Below are positions 11,575 through 22,704 of a stretch of DNA of 40,082 bases, piece by piece. Below the pieces are notes generated by a model. The model was not told where the DNA came from. It saw nothing but the letters and a program-made list of their open reading frames with translations, and ran no database searches. The stretch is taken from NCBI RefSeq assembly GCF_001194135.2, contig NC_068981.1, positions 12,548,272-12,588,353 of the forward strand. The letters are read 5' to 3'. Origin of the DNA: Octopus bimaculoides (lineage: Eukaryota). Each line of letters opens with the position of its first letter. The first letter of the stretch is position 1. The position numbers and the translations under genes are program-made.

Positions 11575-11680
11575 AAATATGGAACGTTTCACGAATTTGC
11601 GTGTCATCCTTGCGCATGCGCCATGCTAATCTTGTCTCTATCGTCCAAATTTTTAGAATATGTACCGCCGTAGCTAGTGT
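11575..11680 (-). ncRNA. U6: Full-length divergent U6 snRNA copy (variant gene or pseudogene)
   Basis: Minus strand reads ACACTAGCTACGGCGGTACATATTCTAAAAATTTGGACGATAGAGACAAGATTAGCATGGCGCATGCGCAAGGATGACACGCAAATTCGTGAAACGTTCCATATTT. This is colinear with canonical U6, about 85% identical to the human sequence as recalled (~15 substitutions, 1 insertion). ACAGAGA is changed to AGAGACA. Confidence 0.95.
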
Positions 11681-11705
11681 TGTGCATTCCTTCTATGTTA
11701 AATTG

Positions 11706-11745
11706 TATTTATATCCGAAACTCCAGCATTTGTCGTAAAGAGTAA
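11706..11745 (-). promoter_or_regulatory. Candidate type 3 Pol III promoter: TATA box (-33 to -26) and PSE-like motif (-65 to -48)
   Basis: Minus strand TATAAATA at 11713-11706 and TTACTCTTTACGACAAAT at 11745-11728. Positions match vertebrate U6 TATA/PSE spacing; the PSE sequence match is only partial. Confidence 0.5.
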
Positions 11746-12139
11746 CTAGCTTCATATCATTTCCATGACATTTCAAAGAATTTGGTTCAGCGGGGCGAAC
11801 AACACCCATTTCTTCCGTAGTGATCAGCAGGTATCTCAGATGAACCTTCAACACATCATATATATGTATATATGAATGTGAGTGTGTATGTGTGTGTTTG
11901 ATTGTGTGTGTGCGCACGAGCGTGTATGTCTGCGCATGTGAATGTGTATATGTATGTATGTTTATACGCATATACATCTATATGTTTATACAAGTATGTA
12001 TAAACATATAGAGATACATATACAAACACATGTGTATACTTCTGTGTTTATGTGTGTATGTGTGCGTGCGTGAGTGTGTGTGAGTGAGTGTGAGTGCGTG
12101 TACGTTTGGGTATGCGTGTGTGCGCGTCAGCGCACGCTG

Positions 12140-13625
12140 CTCGATCCAACATCGCCCCAAATGCTGCCAAGAAGTGCCACTAATCGTGATCAATGAAATG
12201 GAAAATACCCTCAATCTAATGAAAATAGATAAAATTCCCGGTGATAAATGTTAGGTTACAGAGGTGAATAGATGTGGAGAGTGCTCGTTCTATGTTTCAA
12301 TGGCTACCTGAAGTAGGATATAATATCTTTGACGCGGAAAGAATCAAATACTCATCTACTTCATAGGAAAGGTTATAAAGATTTGAAAAACCGATCACCC
12401 CAAATGCTTCTTGGCTCACCTGTACAAGATGTTTGTCAACAGTCTATAAAGACACTTTGCGGGAGAGCAAGCAGGAGAGCAACCAGATTTCCATAAGAAC
12501 TCTAGTATAATAGATAATATATTCACTCTAGCATATCTCGTAAAACGGGCGAACGAATACAAGCTTCTTTTGTGTATTGCATTTGTTGATCACGAAAAGG
12601 CCTTCCATAGCGTGGAGATGAACGCAGTTTTGAAATGTCTGGAAAAGCAAGATATCGCGGCGAAATACAGCAAACTGCTCAGAGATGGGAACTCTGAATG
12701 CACAATAGATATATCTTTGATATCACTACCAGTAAGGATCCCAGAGGAAAAGGGTGTCAAGCAAGAAGATACCATCTCTCCAAAGCATTTGGTCACATGT
12801 CTAGAAATAGTCATCAAGGACATCGATGAACAGGTGGCGTGAACATCAATGGCGAGCAACTAACACACCTCCGATTCGCAAATGACATTGTATTCGTCTC
12901 TCAAACCACAGGCCTGCTGCAGACCATGCAGTTAGAGCTGAGCACTCAGAGCTTAGCAGTAAGTCTTAAAATGAAGCGCACGAAAGCAATATCTATGTGG
13001 TCTGAAGATGTAGCACATAGAGATGGGAAGCGATGAGATTGAGGAGAAGTAGTACGTCTACTTCGGGCACACATTAAATATGCGCTGCAATATAGATGCT
13101 GAAATTTCAAGAAGAATAAGGCCAAGATGTCCGCTATTTAACTCAATAAAAGACCCGATGCGAACAAAGTTAGACAAAGCTATACGTGTCAGACTCTTTA
13201 ATAGCATCGTCCTACCTGCGCCCATACACGCAAGTGAGACGTAGCCTACTACGAAAAGGATAGAACATTGATTGGCTTTAACGCAAACAGCTATGGAAAG
13301 ATCCTTACTAGGAATATCCCAAAGACAGCACATTAGAAATATATCAATTCGAGAATGGAGTGGAGCGAACGATGTGATTGCTGAATACCGAAGCCACAAT
13401 ATTCGCCGGGCCGGACATGTTGTAAGGTTCATTGAACGCAGATGGACCCGTGCAGTGGACAACTGGCATCTAAGAGATCGGAAAAGCCACTTGAACGGTC
13501 ACGAAGACGATGGGAAGACAATGTAGTCAAGCAATTTATGTCGAGATGGAAAAAAATGGCGCAATTAAGACAAAATTGGAAGCGTATTGTTGACAGCGGT
13601 GCGCGACGACATCTGATTGTCTTTA
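12140..13625 (+). mobile_element. Decayed RTE-clade LINE fragment (RT domain to C-terminus)
   Basis: Translations include VPLIVINEMENTLNLMKIDKIPG, LCIAFVDHEKAFHSVEMNAV, KGVKQEDTISPK, NINGEQLTHLRFANDIV and TQTAMERSLLGIS...IRRAGHVVRFIERRWTRAVDNW. Many stops and frameshifts. Confidence 0.9.
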
Positions 13626-13702
13626 CGATAATGCGCGACTATGATATATATGCGTGTGTGTTTGTGCTTGTCTGCCTCTGTGTGTGTGTGTATGCACACG
13701 TG

Positions 13703-13734
<32 letters not shown>

Positions 13735-14552
13735 ACTCATGTAGCATCTATCTGCTCTACAATATCCATATGTTTGTATGCCTATGTATATGAGTTTATA
13801 TATGCACAAACATGTATATACGCACACCCACTTTCACACACACACATGCACGCACGCACACACACAAACAAAACACGCACGCACACACGCACACACAAAC
13901 ACACACACACACACACTGATATCTACTTTGGGTGATGCAGTTTAAGGAAAAGTTTTATCTCATACTTTATTTGCTGGAAGGAAATTAATCGTTTATTCGA
14001 AAGCAGTTTGTATTTCCATGGGTTCACCACTGACTGCAAACTTTCAGTGAGTCTTAATATTCAGATATGAACCAAGCACTGTACTTTTCTTCTTGCGTAA
14101 AACCACTGATAAAGATTTGCTTCAGGATTCAGCTGATCTTTGAAAGTATAAGAAGAAGAATTAAACCGATGAAGATATCTAAAATTTGAGGAGTAAGAAA
14201 CCTGAGCTTCAGGTCAACGAAGAATTATAAAAATGTTACACATATTGAATATCTCAACATTCTTAATTGAAAAGATCTTTCTATCGATAAACTGCTTGAA
14301 ATATTTTACAAATATCTACATTAACACATGCAGTCTTGCATTCACTCACATGAGGTGTTGACTCATCTTCACGAGACATTCATTCGGATTCATAAGTTCT
14401 CAACGTAAAGCAATTCAAAACTCAACGAACTTTTAGTTTGTCAAGTTTATGTATGCAAACATGATCTAACTATAATGTTAATATATGCATTTATCCAACT
14501 ATATAGATCTATTTCTTTTTTGTTTGCAGGTTAACAATAATAAACTGCAATT

Positions 14553-15379
14553 ATGACAGGACAGGTCATTCAATGGTTTGAATCATCCTATCGACCACAG
14601 ATTTTACTTCAGACTAGAAAGTATTGTATTGATCGCTGTGTATCGAATCACTTGAACAGCTTAATACAAAGACACAGCACGGTGAATCATATATATGTAC
14701 AGACATGTCAAGAGTAAATGGAAACTGTAAGTTTTAAAAGATTTATTTCCAGAAACAAAATAATGTTATGGATGTTTTGAAATACGTAATACAGAATTAA
14801 GGAGACATGCCTTGTGCAGATAATAACCATTCCTCCTCTTTCGGCATCGTGCGAAGGGGTAATGTCTGCACAGATAAGACTGTATAAGGATTTGCGTGTA
14901 TGTATTCTTGAGTCGTTTATGTACATCAATTGATATATACTACACCGATATTTATACGTTTACTATAGTTCTTTGTAACTCATCATTCTGTTTATATAAA
15001 GCTGTAAGAATTTCAAGAAATACAGATTATTCATTATGAAATCGTTAAACTGAGTCTCCAAGAGTGCTTGTCTTGCTTTATGATATATATATATATATAT
15101 ATATATANNNNNNNNNNNNNNNNNNNNNNNNNNNNNNNNNNNNNNNNNNNNNNNNNNNNNNNNNNNNNNNNNNNNNNNNNNNNNNNNNNNNNNNNNNNNN
15201 NNNNNNNNNNNNNNNNNNNNNNNNNNNNNNNNNNNNNNNNNNNNNNNNNNNNNNNNNNNNNNNNNNNNNNNNNNNNNNNNNNNNNNNNNNNNNNNNNNNN
15301 NNNNNNNNNNNNNNNNNNNNNNNNNNNNNNNNNNNNNNNNNNNNNNNNNNNNNNNNNNNNNNNNNNNNNNNNNNNNNNN

Positions 15380-15421
<42 letters not shown>

Positions 15422-16532
15422 CAAGAGAAAAACAGCTAGTTTTAAATCTTTGAGCGAGAAATATGCAATAACAACACCGAATAGTAGTGTTTATTTCCCA
15501 ACAGAATGAGGCAGTGCTATACAAAGGCGATGGTACTATTGTTTAGCCACAGCAAAAATGTTTTCTAGCTGGCTGTCGACACACAGTTCGTATCTGTATA
15601 GTGTAAGTAAGGGAGATCATCGCTCCCATCTCTAGCCCTTGGTGATACTCACAGATCTAGGATTCTGGGTTTATTTTTNNNNNNNNNNNNNNNNNNNNNN
15701 NNNNNNNNNNNNNNNNNNNNNNNNNNNNNNNNNNNNNNNNNNNNNNNNNNNNNNNNNNNNNNNNNNNNNNNNNNNNNNNNNNNNNNNNNNNNNNNNNNNN
15801 NNNNNNNNNNNNNNNNNNNNNNNNNNNNNNNNNNNNNNNNNNNNNNNNNNNNNNNNNNNNNNNNNNNNNNNATATATATATATATAATATTGAGAATTTC
15901 ATGTCCTCAGGAAGTAAGTTGATCATTAAATTGTGTTGTATGTAAGATATTCTTCTTATTTCTACACCTAAAGCTGCTCTTTTTTCACGAAAGCAAAATC
16001 TAATAAAGAACATCCTATAATCGAGAAAAAAAACAAAAACAACCTCCATGTCGTTGTCCTCCAAATACTCATAAGATTTCGCTAGAAATTAAACCCGTAA
16101 GGACGGAACTTCAGGCAAGAGTAAAGAAGTTGCATCCTTCGATATATTAAGTGTAAAAACAAGACGTTTGAAAGGCGTTTTTGCATAACAGATCGATTAG
16201 AAAAGACTTAGGGCTACAGAATAATTTTTTTTCTTTATTTTTGAAATGTTAAGTGGATCTGCTTCAAGAACATCAAATAAGAAATAGATTCCTACATTAA
16301 TTAAAACGCATTTGGTTTCCATTTTTCTATTTTCTGCGAACAGGTGGAGAAGGAAACTCTCAACTTCAAGATAATTCAATTCCTAAAAGTCTCCTTTCCT
16401 CTGTCATGTATAGCTGTGTCGCAGACTGTGTACTTCGCCTTTAGATTTAGAAAATACTTCAGAACCAAGTTGCCAGAAGTTCGAAAAAAAGACACTTTAG
16501 TTGTAATTTTGAACTTCTCACTACAAAATTAA
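14553..16532 (+). CDS. Hypothetical two-exon ORF (14553-14681 joined to 16344-16532, 105 aa), no recognisable homology
   Basis: Acceptors tttcttttttgtttgcag|14530 and tttttctattttctgcgaacag|16344, donor ACG|gtgaat after 14681, and the phase-0 join stays open. Could be chance or a non-coding transcript. Confidence 0.2.
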
Positions 16533-17944
16533 GAGTCGTTACACACACAAACACACAAACATATAAATACATACACACAGACAGAGAGTATTTTAGTCAA
16601 GTGAAGGACTTTTGTCTTGACTACCATCCTCGACCGATTGATGTGAGGTTCATTGGTAAAGGTTCTTGTACGTATTATTATACATTTTACTCAGATATTT
16701 ATAAAGAGTTTTTAAATGATTCGCTTCAATGGCATGAATGGACTCAGCTTTCATTCTGTGGGACTCGTTCGTTTAATTTTATACTTTGCTGAAACGAAGA
16801 ACAGCTGGTTATCTGCGGTTATATAGTGATGTAACGCAGCCCCTTACAAAACTCTGAGGAGAAATAAGTTACTCAAGTGTATTATGTTATATATTAAGCA
16901 ACGCTCATTAATATATGTTCCATTTATTTCAGGATTTCCGAAAATGCTTCCTATAAACCTTAGCGTCTTGTGATCAATATCAGTGTACCAATGTTACATG
17001 GAGTATATTTGTGAGGCAATTTCTGAGAATAACGTGTACGATTCAAATCGAAATTATCATCATTACGTACACGGGATTATACTCGGACTTTTTACTTTTC
17101 TTGTTACTAGATTAAGCACACAAGTTTTTGTATGTGTATTTCTAAACGTAAGATACTTGTTAATAAATTTGCCATAGTTTTAATGCTTGTGGAAAAATCT
17201 TTCATCTTTCATGTAAACGGTTTCCTTTCTGTTATTCAATAGTGAAAGACCATTTGCAGTCGATAATAAAATCTATTCTATTTCATACCAAAATATATGG
17301 CTTTTCCATACTGAGTAAATTGCTTGTGGTGGTGTTGTATATGAATGGGATTAGCTTTGCGCTGACACAGAGCATCTGGTGTATTATTGTCAGTACAAAC
17401 ATTGAAAAGGCTTGCATTGAGCAATTGCAGTGACTTTGGCTGAGATAATATTATATTCCTATACGTACATCTATCTCATACTTTTTAATTGAGGTTAACG
17501 CTTAGCAGAACTTGTGATTTATGAAGTAAAAACTTTGACAGGAGCTGGCTAAAGATTGCGGTTCTTCCTATCACTTTCTTTATGACTGGTTCCTGATTTT
17601 ATATCTTACTTGTAGCTGAGCGGAGATGATTCGTTTTTATTGTGAAGTCTAGTGTGTTATTATCGTTTACATTGTGTTGGCAGCTTCACTTGTATTTCCA
17701 TTCTTGTCGCTTTTGACTAATGTATATGTTTCTGAAAACTGTGACATACACAGATTGCTGTAGTGTAAATTTTGTTTTGTTGTACTCTGAGCAAAAATGT
17801 AGATGTGATATGATTCTTTTATCATATATTTGTTAATATTGAAATATTCCCCTTCTGTATTTAGTTATAAAAACGTAGAGAGGACTAAAACGTTATACAG
17901 TTTGAACAACTTTAACATTTGATAAAAGATTGCAGATTCGCGAA

Positions 17945-18420
17945 TCACTACCCTACGCAGATGATCATATAACATTAAAGTATCCAATATATAAGATGTC
18001 CGAAAGCAATATAATGGAGGCAGTAATATTGGAGAACAGAGTGTTATCTGGAATGTCCATCAGAAGTTTGAAATTTAGAGTAATATGATAAACTGTAGTG
18101 ATATCAGAAATGTCTCTAAGTAGTTTAAAATTCAAGAGAAAATTAGAGTGTCAGACTTCTACTAATAAATATTTAAGTATAGTTCCGTTGTGGCATAGGG
18201 AAACTGTGATGGAAACAAACAGAGTTGAAATATAATAGAATATAGGATTGTAAATAACACTGAGTTCTTGAATGAATAGTTCTGTTATCATAATTAGGAG
18301 GGAGACACAATATGTGATGTGGTTTACTGAATAGATCAGTATCGATGCATGAATCCCGTGTTGGTGTGAAATTCGTGTTTTCCAGTCAGACATTGCTGAA
18401 TTGAAACGACATTATTCAGT
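17945..18420 (+). mobile_element. Possible ancient LINE reverse-transcriptase relic
   Basis: LPYADDHI (TACGCAGATGAT at 17954-17965) followed by LENRVLSGMSIRSLK and many stops; only the YADD motif is clear. Confidence 0.3.
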
Positions 18421-19239
18421 TACAGTTTAGATATTATTCTACTTTTCTTAAAAATCATGTTTTTTTTTTAATATATAATTATATGTTCAGAACAGAAATC
18501 TATAATAATATGAGGAATTTCCATTAGGTTTAAAACGCGGTGTATATTTAGCTGTGTTTAAATCTTCAGTAGCGTTTTATGAATTTAAGATATATGAATT
18601 TTGGTGATGGTTATCAAAATGTGGTTTAAGCATATTTCAAAAGAATTCTTTAATAATTTTCCAAACTGTCTAATGTCAAAATGTTCATTAAATATCATCA
18701 TTTCAATAAGTACTGCCTAAAGGTCTTGAAGGATGCTTGTATCAATGACACAATTCATATCTAGCACGAAAATACTTTTTATTCTTCACCTTTCTTTGGC
18801 TATTAAAATGGTGACATCACTAGGATTTATGAAAATACACAATTTAATTGTTCTAGTTAATTTTCATAAGCATTTGCCTCACTCGTCTTCTATAAGCATG
18901 CTTTAAGCCTTTCCTATGTATGTCAGTATATCTCTTTAATTTAAGGTTATTACCGTTTTCGAGACAACTCAACCTTAGTAATATTTATTTAGAATAACTT
19001 ACGCCATTTATCTAATATTTATCCAGAATGCAATATTCGAAACTGTATATCGATAGGCAATATAAATTTATCACGGCTAATTTATTATTCGTTTGGAGGC
19101 AAATTCTGTTTATCATTTTATTATTACTTGGTATAACCTAAGCATGTCGTTAGATTTACCATCTCTAATCATTAAGCGCCTATGTCATTTCATATTCTGA
19201 ATATAATCTTATATAGTTTTAATAAATTCCCTCCTACTT

Positions 19240-19660
19240 TCTCTTCCACTCATTTTCACTTCCTCTCTGTCCCACTCTTTCTCTCTCTCTATCCCACTCT
19301 TTCTCTCTCTCTCTCACTCTCTTCATACATATATACATACAAAGTACATACATACATACATACATACATACATGTATGTTGTGTATGTTGTGCGTGTTGT
19401 GTGCGTGCGTGTGTATACACATACACACGCATATATATACACACATATACATACATACATACGTACTTACATACATACGTACATACGTACATACATACGT
19501 ACATGCATACATACATACATAGTCACATAAATATATATATATACATCCATACATACATTCATACATACATACATACATACATACATACGTACATAGATAC
19601 ATACGTACGTACATACGTACATACATACATGCATACATACATACATACATACATACACAT
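19240..19660. repeat. Compound (CT)n/(TACA)n/(TG)n microsatellite
   Basis: Directly visible. Confidence 0.95.
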
Positions 19661-21905
19661 ATAGATACTGAGAGAAGTGAGAGCTATTCCGAATATGATA
19701 AAGGAAATAGTGTAGATAGGAGCCTACGTTAAAGTATGTACTAAAAGTGAAGAATTGTTCCTGATTTACACATCATTCTACGTCTATCAATTTTTTTGGC
19801 TAAATGCCAAATAAAACAAGTAAGAAATTTGTGTCATTAATTCGCCAACTTAGAAAATTGATTTATAGAATTCTTGAATCTAAACGAAAAATACTCTATT
19901 TACAATAATTTCATTTCTTACAACGGGAATAGAATATTAGCCATAATTGATTTCTAACCGAGACATGAGATCTTGGATTTATAGTGAGTGTATTAAGATA
20001 TTTCTGCAGGCAGAAAGCCAGTCTTGTAACGAATGAGTGAATAGTAGATATTGCAAACGACAGTAGAGAAAAGATAAAATGCAGAGAATAACGTGAGTGA
20101 ATCTTAGAAACGGAATCAAGTGTTGCTAAAGTAATTATTTTATTTCTTTAAAATCATTTTTACTGAAGTTCTGATAATGGTACGTATAATTGATGCATAC
20201 AAACACGCTTTATTTAGTGTGAGGTATACTATAATAATTTTGACGTTCGTCCCACCCGAAAAAAATCAACAACAAAACACAGAGACAGCCGCGAAGGGAA
20301 TCAATTTAGCGACAGCTGCTAAGTGAAAATAAAACAACATTAGATTATTATTTGTCATTCTATCAGTTTTATTTCTAATACTCAAGTAATTAATACGGAT
20401 ATATTTTGGCCATGGACAATTTCTCATTAGGGTGTAATGCACTGAATTTCAATTAGCATTTGGTAAGTCTACTACATGAGAAAAATAATTTGCCATCTGA
20501 GAAACTTAAAATTATTGGCTGACGTCAAGTTTCATTAAAATGAAGCATAATAAATTGACAATTGGTCATAGTAATTCCCAATATATTGAATAACACTTAA
20601 CTTTTTTTTTTCGATTTACGTAACATGTCATATTGTGCCGCAACAAAAGCACAGCAAAATGAGATCTTAAGTGCTAGATTGTTGTATCAGTAATCTATGT
20701 TATTGATCTGATGTAACAACGAGAGACTATAGTAAATAGTTATAAATAGCTGATCATACACTAGTTTTAGTATGACAACTGTGTATGAGATAATCCTCAA
20801 TTCACTGGACATGTTTAGAAGGATGGCTTGGATACAGATAAAATGTTGTTGATCATAATTTTTCAATCATTACTGACTAAAGTTAAACAAAATAGCAACT
20901 GCTTATAAATGGGGTCACGTCAGAATCGATAACCTTCGTACTAAGTGGACTGTCAATCATATTGTGTACGGGTTGCAGATCGATCGTAAGCTAAAATATA
21001 TCCTTAATATACACCAATTTTTGATTACTTTTCTTTCAACATTTATCTATATATTTACATGATTCTGAAGCGTATTCAGTGAGGACAAGTTAGAATGAGA
21101 CGCTATATTTATTTATAAAACGTGTAAAAAGAAAACGAAATTGAAATGCAACACGATCAGATGTAATGCAGAGAAGAAAAAAAACTGCTTTGATACATTT
21201 GCAAATTAGCAATTTTAGGTACCAATTAATGCATGTACAAAATAGATGTAGTCGATTTAATAATTCACACTTGGTTAATCATGAGAAAAAAAATATTATT
21301 ATTCTCCACAAAATGAAACAAAATGTAAGTTTTTCCATACCTGAGAAGGACGTTTTTGGTATTACGCTATCCCCCAGTATAGCGTAAACCATTTGAAAAA
21401 GTAACAAGTTAAGTTTCAAAATCCATTAGGAAAAGTGAACCTCCGTATTGATTCTTTTTGTAAAACCGATTCTGTTTTATAAAAATTAGGTTGCCCCATA
21501 GAGTAGGTACTATGTGCAAGAGCGGGCGATCGATATATATATAAATAATATATCGCTGACTCATAATACGTTCTGCTGTGGATCTTTAAATAGAAACATT
21601 ATTTTCAGTATATGCTTTTCTCCTCAAAGCAGAATGTAGCGATGTAGCAGGAGGAAAGCGAAAGAGACGTATCCTCAATCAGCGTTATGAACAAATTAAC
21701 TTTCGTCTAAATCTGCCTTTCATAACCTTAATCCGCAAGCTAAGCTCGGCTTTGTTACTGAAATAATCCTCTATTGTCCGAGATTGACAATTTAATAATG
21801 AGTGCAAGTTGTAATGACTAAACCTAATACAATATCCTAGACAAAAAATCGCTCACAAAGAAACATATGTGTAACAACATTACACAAAACAAGAGGACAC
21901 TCGTA

Positions 21906-21943
<38 letters not shown>

Positions 21944-22704
21944 NNNNNNNNNNNNNNNNNNNNNNNNNNNNNNNNNNNNNNNNNNNNNNNNNNNNNNNNN
22001 NNNNNNNNNNNNNNNNNNNNNNNNNNNNNNNNNNNNNNNNNNNNNNNNNNNNNNNNNNNNNNNNNNNNNNNNNNNNNNNNNNNNNNNNNNNNNNNNNNNN
22101 NNNNNNNNNNNNNNNNNNNNNNNNNNNNNNNNNNNNNNNNNNNNNNNNNNNNNNNNNNNNNNNNNNNNNNNNNNNNNNNNNNNNNNNNNNNNNNNNNNNN
22201 NNNNNNNNNNNNNNNNNNNNNNNNNNNNNNNNNNNNNNNNNNNNNNNNNNNNNNNNNNNNNNNNNNNNNNNNNNNNNNNNNNNNNNNNNNNNNNNNNNNN
22301 NNNNNNNNNNNNNNNNNNNNNNNNNNNNNNNNNNNNNNNNNNNNNNNNNNNNNNNNNNNNNNNNNNNNNNNNNNNNNNNNNNNNNNNNNNNNNNNNNNNN
22401 NNNNNNNNNNNNNNNNNNNNNNNNNNNNNNNNNNNNNNNNNNNNNNNNNNNNNNNNNNNNNNNNNNNNNNNNNNNNNNNNNNNNNNNNNNNNNNNNNNNN
22501 NNNNNNNNNNNNNNNNNNNNNNNNNNNNNNNNNNNNNNNNNNNNNNNNNNNNNNNNNNNNNNNNNNNNNNNNNNNNNNNNNNNNNNNNNNNNNNNNNNNN
22601 NNNNNNNNNNNNNNNNNNNNNNNNNNNNNNNNNNNNNNNNNNNNNNNNNNNNNNNNNNNNNNNNNNNNNNNNNNNNNNNTATATATATATATATATATAT
22701 TGTA

